Of a stretch of DNA of 64,000 bases, positions 18,829 to 28,450 are shown piece by piece. The DNA lies in assembly GCA_965648905.1 (NCBI GenBank), contig CBFGIT010000013.1, forward strand, positions 1 to 64,000, read 5' to 3'. Source of the DNA: a candidate division WOR-3 bacterium (GTDB taxonomy: Bacteria > Hydrothermota > Tepidihabitantia > Tepidihabitantales > Tepidihabitantaceae). Both the position numbers and the translations under genes were made by a program. Each line of letters starts with the position of its first letter. Position 1 is the stretch's first letter. The notes beneath the pieces are model-generated. The model had not been told where the DNA came from and made no database searches. It saw only the letters and a list, made by a program, of their open reading frames with translations.

Positions 18829-18970
18829 CGACGATTCCTCAGTCGTCTGACTCCTTCGGAATGACAGTAGTGCAAGGTTACTCCGGACGCATGCTTCTTG
18901 TCGCTCGGAATCGGTCGAGGGGTCGTCGGGGGGAAGACGCCGACGATTCCTCGCTGCGGTCGGAATGACA
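18829..18970 (-). repeat. REP-like palindrome copies 2 (18829-18866) and 3 (18941-18970), plus a degenerate copy near 18886-18914
   Basis: cgacgattcctc-N15-tcggaatgaca and cgacgattcctc-N7-tcggaatgaca are exact reverse complements of the copy 1 arms. Confidence 0.8.
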
Positions 18971-19053
18971 GGGGAAGGGCAGCTCGGCATGTCGACCGGG
19001 CGGCCACCATGAACAGCAGGACCATGCGCGGCTGCAGGCTAGCCTCTGCCGGG

Positions 19054-20391
19054 CTACCCTCTCTTTTTCAGCATCGCAGTGATGAGCTCTTCCAGGTCCG
19101 GCTTTGACTTCTCCTGCAGCCGGTACTTGACGCGCACCACGGGTTTGTTGACCTTGATGATGCGAGACAGGTCAATCGGCGTGCCCGAAAGCACGAGGTC
19201 GCAGTCGGCCTTGTTGACCGCGTCTTCGAGCTCCTTGAGCTGGGCCGCAGAGTAGCCCATGGCCGGCAGGACTCTCTGAAGCTGCTTGAACTCTTCCATC
19301 GCCTTGGCGAGCGAGCCGGTGACGTACGGCCGCGGGTCAACCATTTCCTTGGCCCCGAACTGCTGGGCCGCGAGCTTGCCTGCGCCATAACCCATGCCGC
19401 CGTGAGTCACGGTCGGCCCATCCTCAACCACGAGCACGCGCCGGCCCTTGATGGCAGCCGGGTCAGCCACTTCGAGGGGAGAGTCGGCATCGATGATGAC
19501 CGCCCCTGGATTGACGGCCTTCACGTTCTGCCGCACCTTCTCGATGTCCGAGGGCTTGGCGCTGTCCTCCTTGTTAATAACCACGACGTCGGCCGAGCGC
19601 AGGTTGACTTCGCCGGGATGGTAGCGCAGCTCATGCCCGGGCCGCAGCGGGTCGGCGATGACGATGAGCAGGTCGGGCTTGAAGAAGGCGATTTCGTTGT
19701 TGCCGCCGTCCCAGACAATGACATCGGCTTCGGCCTCGGCGTGCTTGAGTATCTCCGCGTAGTCGCAGCCGGCATAGATGACCATCCCTTCTTCGATGTA
19801 CGGTTCGTACTCTTCACGCTCTTCGATGGTCGCGTTTGCCTTGTCCAAGTCGTCGTAGGTGGCGAAGCGCTGCCAGACCTGTTTCTCAAGGTCGCCGTAG
19901 GGCATCGGCTCGCGCACCGCGACGGTCGAGAGACCTTGGGACTTCAGTATCTGGTACACCCGGCGCGAGGTCTGGGATTTGCCGCACCCGGTGCGCACCG
20001 CACAGACCGCGACAACCGGCTTGTCTGCCTGGAGCTGGACATTCCGAGGTGAGATGAGCCTGAAGTCGGCTCCGGCCACAAGCGCCCGGGACGCGAGGTT
20101 CATCAGGTAGACGTGGGAGACGTCGGAGTAGGCAAAGACTACCTCGTCGACCTTCAGTTCCGGTATCAGTCTGGGCAGCTCGTGCTCGAAGTATGTCGGA
20201 ATGCCGTCGGGGTAGAGCCTGCCGGCAAGGCCCGGCGGGTAGGGTCTAAGGCCGCCGGTCGTGCCCAGGTTCTGCTCCGCGGCCATGGTGAATCCGACGA
20301 CCTCGTACTCGTTCCTGTCGCGGAAATAGGTGTTGAAGACATGGTAGTCCATGCCGACCGCACCGACGATGATGATCCGTCTTCTGGTCAT
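19054..20391 (-). CDS. COG2403 P-loop protein (annotated as cyclic 2,3-diphosphoglycerate synthase-like/GTPase; arginine synthetase ArcE family)
   Basis: VFAYSDVSH, AVRTGCGKSQTSR (Walker A), PMPYGDL, TIEEREEYEP, WDGGNN, YHPGE.NLR.AD, VEDGPT.THGGM, LPAMGY. Confidence 0.8.
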   Translation of the reverse strand: MTRRRIIIVGAVGMDYHVFNTYFRDRNEYEVVGFTMAAEQNLGTTGGLRPYPPGLAGRLYPDGIPTYFEHELPRLIPELKVDEVVFAYSDVSHVYLMNLASRALVAGADFRLISPRNVQLQADKPVVAVCAVRTGCGKSQTSRRVYQILKSQGLSTVAVREPMPYGDLEKQVWQRFATYDDLDKANATIEEREEYEPYIEEGMVIYAGCDYAEILKHAEAEADVIVWDGGNNEIAFFKPDLLIVIADPLRPGHELRYHPGEVNLRSADVVVINKEDSAKPSDIEKVRQNVKAVNPGAVIIDADSPLEVADPAAIKGRRVLVVEDGPTVTHGGMGYGAGKLAAQQFGAKEMVDPRPYVTGSLAKAMEEFKQLQRVLPAMGYSAAQLKELEDAVNKADCDLVLSGTPIDLSRIIKVNKPVVRVKYRLQEKSKPDLEELITAMLKKRG

Positions 20392-20427
20392 GAATAGGTC
20401 CTATGTGTCCTGTGCGACCTATTCTGC

Positions 20428-21972
20428 CTAGAACCGCTCGGTCATCGACTTGGCCTGGAGGAAGAGCAGCAGGTAGTCGCGGCCGCCGGCCTTGGAGTCG
20501 GTCCCGGACATGTTGAACCCGCCGAACGGCTGCACGTCGACCAGCGCACCGGTGCACTTGCGGTTGATGTACATGTTCCCGACCATGAACTCCTGCTTGG
20601 CACGAAGAATCTTTTCTCGATTCCTCGTGAAGACCGCGCCGGTCAGGCCGTACTCGGTGCCGTTGGCAATGTCCAGGGCGTCAGGGTAGTTCCTGGCCCT
20701 GATAACCGCCAGCACCGGGCCGAAGATTTCCTCCTGGGCGATGCGGGCCGAGCGCTTCACGTCGGCAACAACGGTCGGCTGAATGAAGTAGCCTGAGTCC
20801 GGGCCGCGCTTGCCGCCCGCAACCAGCCGGCCTTCGGTTTTCCCGACCGCGATGTACGCCATGATCGAGTCAAATGCCTTCTGGTTGATGACCGGGCCGA
20901 GCCAGTTCTTCTGGTCTTCGACCGGACCGATGGTTATCTTCTTCACGCGCTCGACAAGCCGGGCGAGGAACTCGTCGTAGACCCGGGCGTCAACAATGAC
21001 CCGGGAGCAGGCCGAGCACTTCTGGCCCTGGAACCCGAACGCGGATACGGCCGTGCCTTCGACCGCCTCAGCGAGGTTGGCTTCGGAGTCGACGATGATG
21101 CAGTCTTTGCCGCCCATCTCAGCCACGACCCGCTTGATCCAGATTTGGCCTTTCTGGGTTCGGGCCGCTTTCTCGACAATGCCCAGACCGACCGCTTTGG
21201 AGCCGGTGAAGGAGATGAACCGGGTCTTGGGATGCTCGACCAAGTAGTCGCCGACCGCGCCACCCGGGCCGGTCAGCAGGTTCACGACGCCCTCGGGCAG
21301 GCCGGCTTCTTCGAGCACCTCGACAAACAAAGCCGCAAGCAGCGGCGCGTCCGACGAGGGCTTCAAGACTACGGTGTTGCCGGTGACCGCGGCCGCGGTC
21401 GTCATGCCGGCCATGATGGCACAGGGGAAGTTCCACGGCGGGATGACTACACCCACGCCGAGCGGGATATAGCGGACTTCCTGATTTTCTCCGGGAAAGG
21501 GCGTCACGCCGCAGGGCTGGTCGTAGCGGATTGCCTCGCGGGCGTAGAACTCAAGGAAGTCAACCGCCTCGGCGAAGTCGGCGTCGGCCTCAAGCCAGTT
21601 CTTGCCCTCTTCGAGAATCATGGCGGCGTCGAAGTCAAACCGGCGCTGCTTCATGATGCGCGACGCGCGCAGGAAGATGGATGCCCGCTCGATGGCCGGC
21701 ATGAACCGCCAGGTCTCGAATGCCTTGAGCGCGGCCTTCATTGCCAGTTCGGCTTCCTTGACCGTCGCCTTCTGGAACGTGCCGACTGAGGTCTTGTCCG
21801 AGGGGTTGAATGACTTGAACTGCTCTTTCGCCTTGAGCTGCTTGCCGCCGATGCTTAAGTCCCAGACGCGGTCGGCCTGGGCCTTGCGCTCGGCGATGGC
21901 CGCAAGCATCGGCTGCTGGTTTTCGGGCTTTGAGAAGTCGAGATACGGCTCATTGCTGAATTTCGGTAGCAT
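20428..21972 (-). CDS. pruA: 1-pyrroline-5-carboxylate (L-glutamate gamma-semialdehyde) dehydrogenase
   Basis: F.NEP..DF, IPPWNFP, FTGS, AEMGGKD, FQGQKCSACSR, EEIFGP, QPFGGFNMSGTDSKAGG.DYL (RocA/PruA type). Confidence 0.92.
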   Translation of the reverse strand: MLPKFSNEPYLDFSKPENQQPMLAAIAERKAQADRVWDLSIGGKQLKAKEQFKSFNPSDKTSVGTFQKATVKEAELAMKAALKAFETWRFMPAIERASIFLRASRIMKQRRFDFDAAMILEEGKNWLEADADFAEAVDFLEFYAREAIRYDQPCGVTPFPGENQEVRYIPLGVGVVIPPWNFPCAIMAGMTTAAAVTGNTVVLKPSSDAPLLAALFVEVLEEAGLPEGVVNLLTGPGGAVGDYLVEHPKTRFISFTGSKAVGLGIVEKAARTQKGQIWIKRVVAEMGGKDCIIVDSEANLAEAVEGTAVSAFGFQGQKCSACSRVIVDARVYDEFLARLVERVKKITIGPVEDQKNWLGPVINQKAFDSIMAYIAVGKTEGRLVAGGKRGPDSGYFIQPTVVADVKRSARIAQEEIFGPVLAVIRARNYPDALDIANGTEYGLTGAVFTRNREKILRAKQEFMVGNMYINRKCTGALVDVQPFGGFNMSGTDSKAGGRDYLLLFLQAKSMTERF

Positions 21973-22235
21973 GATGCCTCCTGCAATAAGTGTTTATCGG
22001 TCTTAGCTTATCGCAACGGCTATTCTTGATTCCGGGCTGCATCGCAGCACGCGCGGCCGCGGCAGGCGAGCGACCGCCGTTGCCGGGTACACTCGGGCAG
22101 TAGTGCGGGACCGACGACGGCCCCTGAATGACTAAGGATAGCGAGCCGGAAACAGAAGTCAACTGGACAAGTCGATGCCCGGTCTTGACTCCGGCCAGTG
22201 GTCAACTATCCTTAGAGACAAACCCTGGAGGCATA

Positions 22236-23246
22236 TTGTCCACTAGAATCGGAATCAACGGCTTTGGCCGAATCGGCCGACTGGTAACGCGCATCGCTGC
22301 CCGTCACCCCCAGATTGAAATCGCGGCAGTCAATGATGTTGCCACCGGGCCGACCCTGGCACACCTGCTCAAGTATGACTCGGTGCACGGTCGTTTCGAC
22401 GACGTCACCGCGACCGCCGACACGCTAGTCATTGCCGGCCGGGCGGTCCGTGTGCTGACCGTCAAGGAACCGGCCGAGCTGCCGTGGAAAGCACTGGGCG
22501 TGGATGTTGTCATCGAGTCGACCGGCCTGTTCACGGCTTACGAGAAGACCGCGGGGCATCTGGCCGCGGGTGCAAAGAAGGTCATTATCTCGGCTCCGCC
22601 CAAGAGCGGCGAGAAGCCGATCAAGTCTCTGGTCATCGGCGTCAACCACACAACCTACGACCCGGCGAACGACCACATCGTCTCGAACGCCTCGTGCACG
22701 ACCAACTGCATCGTGCCGGTTGCCAAGGTCCTGCACGACCGCTTCCGCATCAGGCAGGGTTACATGACAACGGTCCATGCTTACACCAACGACCAGCGCA
22801 TCCTGGACCAGCCGCATAAGGACCTGCGCCGGGCCCGGGCTGCGGCCATGTCGATGATTCCGACCTCGACCGGCGCAGCCAAGCTCATCGGCGTGATCTT
22901 TCCGGAACTGGCGGGCAAGATTGATGGCGTCGCGATTCGGGTCCCGACGCCGGACGTGTCGATGATTGACTTCTCCTGTACGGTAGAGAAGCCGACGAAA
23001 ACGGATGAAGTCAATGCCGCGTTCCGGGCCGCGGCCGAGGGGCCGCTCAAGGGCATCCTTGAGTACCAGACCACGCCGCTCGTCTCGGTCGACCTGGTCG
23101 GCAACCCGCACTCGGCCATCGTCGATGCCGGTCTGACCACGGTCGTTGATGGGACGCTGGTCAAGGTATTTGCCTGGTACGACAACGAGTACGGCTATGC
23201 CTGTCGCCTGGTCGAACTCGCCGCTTACATTGCCGAACGGCTGTAG
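22236..23246 (+). CDS. gap: Glyceraldehyde-3-phosphate dehydrogenase type I
   Basis: GINGFGRIGR, SNASCTTNC, WYDNEYGY; TTG start after SD GGAGG. Confidence 0.97.
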   Translation: MSTRIGINGFGRIGRLVTRIAARHPQIEIAAVNDVATGPTLAHLLKYDSVHGRFDDVTATADTLVIAGRAVRVLTVKEPAELPWKALGVDVVIESTGLFTAYEKTAGHLAAGAKKVIISAPPKSGEKPIKSLVIGVNHTTYDPANDHIVSNASCTTNCIVPVAKVLHDRFRIRQGYMTTVHAYTNDQRILDQPHKDLRRARAAAMSMIPTSTGAAKLIGVIFPELAGKIDGVAIRVPTPDVSMIDFSCTVEKPTKTDEVNAAFRAAAEGPLKGILEYQTTPLVSVDLVGNPHSAIVDAGLTTVVDGTLVKVFAWYDNEYGYACRLVELAAYIAERL

Positions 23247-23249
23247 GAA

Positions 23250-24434
23250 ATGAAGAAGCTCACGGTCCGGGACCTTTCGGTCCAGAACCAGCGCGTCTTT
23301 GTCCGGGTTGACTTCAACGTCCCGCTCGCCCCTGACACGCTTGAGATTCAGGACGATACCCGGATTCGCGCCGCCCTGCCGACGATACAGCATCTTGTCG
23401 ACCACGGTGCGGTCGTAGTACTCGCCTCCCATCTGGGCAAGGCCAAAGGCAAGGCCGACTACCGGTACAGCCTGAGAACGGTGGCCCGGCATCTGGGCGA
23501 GCTGCTCGGCCGGCCGGTGGCGTTTGCCCCGAGCTGCGTCGGCTCCGAAGCCCGAATCCTTGTCAGCCGGGCCACGCCCGGCTCGGTTGTGCTTCTGGAG
23601 AACCTGCGGTTTCACCCGGGCGAAACCGCCAACGACCCCTACTTCGCCTCCCAGCTTGCCGACCTTGCCGACCTTTATGTCAACGACGCCTTCGGTGCGG
23701 CCCACCGGGCCCATGCTTCGATTGCGGCGTTGCCCGGTCTGTTCAAACAGCCCGCGGCCGGGTTGCTGATGGAGAAAGAAATCACCTACCTGAGTCAGGT
23801 AACCGAATCTCCGGTCCCGCCCTATGTCGCGGTCATTGGCGGAGCCAAAGTCTCGGACAAGGCCGGCGTCATCGAGAACCTGCTGACCCAGGTGGACCGA
23901 CTGCTGCTCGGCGGCGGGACCGCGTTCGGTTTCATCGCCTCGCTCGGTTTCTCCATCGGTCGGTCGCTCTGCGAACCAGAGCTATCCCCGACCATCAGGA
24001 AACTGGGTGATTCGCCCAAGCTCGTGCTGCCGGCCGACGTGGTCGCAGCGTCGGCGCCCGACGACGAGGCCGGAGCGCGCGTGGTGCCGGTCGAGCTGAT
24101 ACCGGAGACCGCGATGGGGCTGGACATCGGGCCGAAGACGATTGTCCGGTTCAGCAGCGTACTGGCGCAGGCCCGAACCGTGGTCTGGGCCGGACCGATG
24201 GGCGTATTCGAGCGCGAGGCATTCTCCCAGGGCACACGAGCCGTTGCCCAGGCAATAGCTGAGGCGACCGGCCGCGGTGCGACGACGGTTGTCGGCGGCG
24301 GCGATACGGTTGCCGCCTTGGCCCGGTTCGGGCTCAGCGACCGGGTAAGCCACGTTTCGACCGGGGGCAGCGCATGCCTGAAGTTTCTCGAAGGCAAGAA
24401 CCTGCCCGGCATCGCGGCGCTGGCCGACAAGTAG
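23250..24434 (+). CDS. pgk: Phosphoglycerate kinase
   Basis: VRVDFNVP, LLENLRF, YVNDAFGAAHRAHAS, GGAKVSDK, GGGDT, HVSTGG. Confidence 0.97.
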   Translation: MKKLTVRDLSVQNQRVFVRVDFNVPLAPDTLEIQDDTRIRAALPTIQHLVDHGAVVVLASHLGKAKGKADYRYSLRTVARHLGELLGRPVAFAPSCVGSEARILVSRATPGSVVLLENLRFHPGETANDPYFASQLADLADLYVNDAFGAAHRAHASIAALPGLFKQPAAGLLMEKEITYLSQVTESPVPPYVAVIGGAKVSDKAGVIENLLTQVDRLLLGGGTAFGFIASLGFSIGRSLCEPELSPTIRKLGDSPKLVLPADVVAASAPDDEAGARVVPVELIPETAMGLDIGPKTIVRFSSVLAQARTVVWAGPMGVFEREAFSQGTRAVAQAIAEATGRGATTVVGGGDTVAALARFGLSDRVSHVSTGGSACLKFLEGKNLPGIAALADK

Positions 24435-24476
24435 CAGCGTGGGCCCAGGATAGCGACGAGCGAGGAGCGTCAGCCG

Positions 24477-25235
24477 ATGAACCGCGAACGCCGAGTCATG
24501 ATTGCCGGCAACTGGAAGATGAACAAGACCGCGACCGAGGCAGCGCAGTTCTGCCGGGAATTGAAAACCCGAATCGGCGTTGCTGCCGGCCCTGAGCTAG
24601 TCCTGTTTCCGCCCTTCACCGCGCTGCCCGCGGTCGCCCGTGAGCTGGCCGGGACGCCGGTCAACTGGGGAGGCCAGAACCTGCACTGGGAGGATTCGGG
24701 TGCGTTCACCGGCGAGGTCTCGGGCCGGTTCCTTGCCGACCTGGGCTGCCGGTACGTACTGGTCGGGCATTCTGAACGCCGGGCGCTGTTCGGCGAAACC
24801 GACGAGACCTGCTGCCGGAAGGTCGCGGCCGCGGTCCGATGCGGGCTCGTGCCCGTGCTCTGCTGCGGCGAGTCGCTCGTCGAGCGTGAGGCGGGTTACA
24901 CCTTGTCGATCATCCGGGCCCAGCTCGATACTGCGCTGATGGGTTCGGCCGAGATACCGCTGGTTGTTGCCTACGAACCGGTCTGGGCAATCGGCACGGG
25001 CCGCAGTGCCACGTCGGACCAGGCTCAGGAAGTTCACGCTTTCATCCGGCAGTGGCTGGCCGAACGTTTCTCCGAAGGCTATGCCGCGCAGACACGGATA
25101 ATCTACGGCGGCAGCGTCAAGCCGGACAACATTGCCGACATCCTGGCCCGTCCGGACGTCGACGGCGCACTGGTCGGCGGCGCCAGCCTCGACCTTGGTT
25201 CTTTCCTCGCGCTGGTCCCGGTGCTACCCGCCTGA
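24477..25235 (+). CDS. tpiA: Triosephosphate isomerase
   Basis: AGNWKMNK, GHSERR, AYEPVWAIGTG, YGGSV, LVGGASL. Confidence 0.97.
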   Translation: MNRERRVMIAGNWKMNKTATEAAQFCRELKTRIGVAAGPELVLFPPFTALPAVARELAGTPVNWGGQNLHWEDSGAFTGEVSGRFLADLGCRYVLVGHSERRALFGETDETCCRKVAAAVRCGLVPVLCCGESLVEREAGYTLSIIRAQLDTALMGSAEIPLVVAYEPVWAIGTGRSATSDQAQEVHAFIRQWLAERFSEGYAAQTRIIYGGSVKPDNIADILARPDVDGALVGGASLDLGSFLALVPVLPA

Positions 25236-25323
25236 CCGGGTTGGCGGTCGGACGCGGACCGCCCGCAGGCCTTGACTTTGTTCGTGGCCGGGTTAATCTT
25301 GACACTCAAAGGAGAAACACCTC

Positions 25324-25626
25324 GTGTATGGAATACTGATTTTCTTTCACCTGCTCGTCTCGGTCGTCCTTGTCCTTGTCGTGCTGATGCAGCAGCCGCA
25401 AAAAGGTGGCATGGCCACCATCCTCGGCGGCGGCGAGTCGATTTTCGGAGGCGGCGGCGCTGCGCCGTTCATGGCCAAGGTAACGACCGGGCTGGCAATC
25501 GCTTTCGCGATTACTTCTCTGGGGCTGGTTCTGCTTTCGGCCCAGCGGGCACGGCCCCAGGCTGCGCCCCGTCCGACTTCGAGTCGGCCGGCGCCGGCTC
25601 AGCCCGGGCCATTGGGAGGTGAGTGA
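25324..25626 (+). CDS. secG: Preprotein translocase subunit SecG
   Basis: Two TM helices around VLMQ...GGM...GGG; canonical position after tpiA; SD AAGGAG. Confidence 0.9.
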   Translation: MYGILIFFHLLVSVVLVLVVLMQQPQKGGMATILGGGESIFGGGGAAPFMAKVTTGLAIAFAITSLGLVLLSAQRARPQAAPRPTSSRPAPAQPGPLGGE

Positions 25627-25961
25627 TGTACGCAGTGGTGAGAATCCGCGGCATGCAGTACATGGTCCACGAAGGTGAGACCGTCACCGTGCCGCTGCTC
25701 CCGGACGAGCCGGGAACGAGTCTGACGTTCGATGACGTCCTGCTCGTCAACACCGGGTCCGACGTGAAGCTCGGTCGGCCGAGAGTGACCGATGCCTGCG
25801 TCGAGGCCGAGGTTCTGGACCACATCAAGGCAGACAAGGTCACGACGTTCAAGTTCATCCGCCGCGAGAACTACCGCCGTCGCAAAGGCCACCGTCAAGG
25901 CCTGACCCGGATTCGGGTTACCAAGATCGCCTGTGAAGGTCAGTCAAGTGCCCAGCAGTGA
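25626..25961 (+). CDS. rplU: 50S ribosomal protein L21
   Basis: MYAVV...G.QY.V.EG, KV..FK..RR..YRRRKGHRQ..T.I.V. Confidence 0.93.
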   Translation: MYAVVRIRGMQYMVHEGETVTVPLLPDEPGTSLTFDDVLLVNTGSDVKLGRPRVTDACVEAEVLDHIKADKVTTFKFIRRENYRRRKGHRQGLTRIRVTKIACEGQSSAQQ

Positions 25962-25977
25962 CAACCGGGAGAAGACC

Positions 25978-26850
25978 ATGCGCTTCCTTGCTGGCGCAGC
26001 TCTGTTCTTGCTTGGCTCCTATGCCTCGGCTAACCTGCTGAGCAACCCTGATTTCTCCCAGTGGGACAACGACTCAACACCGACCGCATGGACGGTTGAG
26101 GCCCGCAGCTACGCTCCGGCACGACGCGAACCAGGCCAGGGACATTCCAGCCCGCCGTGCCTCATGCTTACTCGGCAACAGGCCGGGACCGGCAACAACA
26201 AGGGCGTGCTCCAGAACGTCCCGGTCTTGCCGGGCAGTAACTATACGGTCGGAGCCTGGCTGATGACGCCGACCATGCCCGACACGATGCAGTTCGTCTC
26301 GGGCCGGGTGATACTCACGTGGCGTAACGCTTCCGGTGCGGCCATCGGCTCGACCAACCCGACGACCTACGTGCACGAGCCGGTCTGGACTAACCAGACC
26401 TACGTCGCAACTGCTCCCAACAATCCGAACGGCGACAGCATCGCCGCGACCGCAGATGTGCTGGTTCGTTGCTACGGTCGCGCGGGCGGCAGTCCGGGAG
26501 GCATTCTCTACGTTGACGACGTTTCACTCGAAGAAGGCGGAGCAATTGCGGAGCAAGGCAACGTGCCTCGCCCGTCCGCCGGGCTATCGGTCAGCCCGAA
26601 CCCGGTCACCGACCGGTTCGTGGTCCGGTTTGAGCTGGCACGCGCAACCGGGCTCAGCCTGCGGGTCTATGACCTTGCCGGCACGCTTCGCGCAGAGTCT
26701 TTCACCGGGACACTGTCGGCCGGCCCGCACTCGCTCTCGCTGCCCGCGGTCGATGCTGAGCAGCGGCCGCTGCCCGATGGTCTATACTTCATCGTCCTGA
26801 ATGATGCCGGCCTTGACCGGGCGGTGCGCAAACTGGTCATCCGGCGTTAG
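25978..26850 (+). CDS. Secreted protein with CBM-like jelly-roll domain and C-terminal sorting domain
   Basis: Signal peptide, NLLSNPDF...W, YVDDVSL, then SPNP...GLYFIVL...KLVI. Confidence 0.65.
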   Translation: MRFLAGAALFLLGSYASANLLSNPDFSQWDNDSTPTAWTVEARSYAPARREPGQGHSSPPCLMLTRQQAGTGNNKGVLQNVPVLPGSNYTVGAWLMTPTMPDTMQFVSGRVILTWRNASGAAIGSTNPTTYVHEPVWTNQTYVATAPNNPNGDSIAATADVLVRCYGRAGGSPGGILYVDDVSLEEGGAIAEQGNVPRPSAGLSVSPNPVTDRFVVRFELARATGLSLRVYDLAGTLRAESFTGTLSAGPHSLSLPAVDAEQRPLPDGLYFIVLNDAGLDRAVRKLVIRR

Positions 26851-26856
26851 CTAGAG

Positions 26857-28425
26857 ATGCGAACCGGGTGTGCGTTGCCGATTGCCGGTCTGCTTGCCGT
26901 CTGGCTCCACGCTCAACCCCAGGGGCGGTTACTCTGGTCCTTTGAGGGAAATGACGGGATATACAATGCCATCGCCATTCCGGACGTGAACGGCGACGGA
27001 CTGCCGGATGCGGCTGCCGCGACCTACTACGGAGCCTATCCCAGCGACCCGCGCAAGCTCTATTGCTGTTCGGGCGCTTCGGGTGAGACCATCTGGGTCA
27101 ACCGCACGGCCTACGGCACCTGGGGTAACAAAGGTCTCGACGTCTCACCCGACCTGAATCAGGATGGTTATGCCGATATCCTGCTGGGCACCGCCGGCGG
27201 CTACACGACCGCGGGTCGTTCGGTCATCGCGGTCAGCGGGCGAACCGGCGACACACTCTGGCGCTACAGCCGCTACCAGTACTGGGGTTGGGTCTATTCG
27301 GTGCGCACCATCGACGACATCGACGGCGACTCGGTGCCGGACGCGCTCGGGGGCAGTGGCACGACCACCGACTCAGCCGGCGCGGCCGTGCTCGTTTCCG
27401 GCCGGACCGGTCAGCCAATCTGGCTGCGCCGGATGTATGACGACGGCGTCGGGTCGGTGGCTCCGTTTGTTGACGTAAACGGCGACCAGGTGCCTGACGT
27501 GCTGGTCGGTGCCGGCGGCAACAGCCGCTCCGATTCGGTCATCTGCCTGTGCGGCGCGACCGGTGCGACAGTATGGCGAACCCGCGCAGCCGGGTCGGTT
27601 TCTGACGTCGAACGGATTGCCGACGTCAACCGCTCCGGCTGCGACGACGTAGTCGCCGGTGGCTGGGACTATTCGGTCTACTGCCTTGAAGGCAGCACCG
27701 GCCAGATCATCTGGTCGACCCCGCTCGGCACTGCCCGTGTAGTTATGGAGGTCGTTCCGATCCGCGACGTCAACGCCGACGGCATTGACGATGTGGTTGT
27801 CGGCTCGTGGAGCTCGCTGGTCACGGTGCTGTCCGGTGCTGATGGCTCGACGGTCTGGAACGGCATGCTCGCCAGCGATGTCTGGTGCGTCGACACGCTG
27901 GGCGACGTCACCGGCGACAACGTTCCGGAAGTCGTTGCCGGCTGCCTGGGCAACGGTAACGGCATGGTCAAGGTTTTTTGTGGCCGCACCGGCCAGGCAC
28001 TGTGGCAGTATGCTTTCAGTGAGCGAGTCTACGACGTAACCGGCGCGCCGGACATGAACGGCGACGGACAGCCGGATGTGCTCGTCGGACTTCAGGACCA
28101 GGCGCACGAACCGGCGCACCTGCTGCTGTTCGATGGCGTACCGCCGGCCGCCCTGCTCGATACTTCGGAACCGAAACTCGGGCTGTATCACGACCGGGCA
28201 TCGGGCCGGCTCTGCTTCGAGGTTGTCAGGCCGGTCCGGTACCGTCTTGTCCTCTACGACTGCGCCGGTCGAGAAACCGGCATCGGGCGGTCTGGCTACG
28301 GGCCGCTCTCTCAAGAGGTCAGTCTTGCCGGACTGGCCGGTGGCAGCTATTTCGCGCAGCTCCGGGTTGCCGGTGAAAGAGAACAGACACTGAAACTCGT
28401 TGTTCCGCCAACAAGAAGACAGTAA
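26857..28425 (+). CDS. Secreted FG-GAP/PQQ-like beta-propeller protein with C-terminal sorting domain
   Basis: Eight DxNGDGxxD-type repeats alternating with 'sG.TG..iW'; GSYFAQL...KLVV tail. Confidence 0.75.
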   Translation: MRTGCALPIAGLLAVWLHAQPQGRLLWSFEGNDGIYNAIAIPDVNGDGLPDAAAATYYGAYPSDPRKLYCCSGASGETIWVNRTAYGTWGNKGLDVSPDLNQDGYADILLGTAGGYTTAGRSVIAVSGRTGDTLWRYSRYQYWGWVYSVRTIDDIDGDSVPDALGGSGTTTDSAGAAVLVSGRTGQPIWLRRMYDDGVGSVAPFVDVNGDQVPDVLVGAGGNSRSDSVICLCGATGATVWRTRAAGSVSDVERIADVNRSGCDDVVAGGWDYSVYCLEGSTGQIIWSTPLGTARVVMEVVPIRDVNADGIDDVVVGSWSSLVTVLSGADGSTVWNGMLASDVWCVDTLGDVTGDNVPEVVAGCLGNGNGMVKVFCGRTGQALWQYAFSERVYDVTGAPDMNGDGQPDVLVGLQDQAHEPAHLLLFDGVPPAALLDTSEPKLGLYHDRASGRLCFEVVRPVRYRLVLYDCAGRETGIGRSGYGPLSQEVSLAGLAGGSYFAQLRVAGEREQTLKLVVPPTRRQ

Positions 28426-28450
28426 CCATGCTTTACAGAAAGGAAGTAGC

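Noticed and set aside
21986..22010. Additional copy of the 25-bp dyad
   Set aside because: Spacer is 14 rather than 15 nt, so it was not counted.
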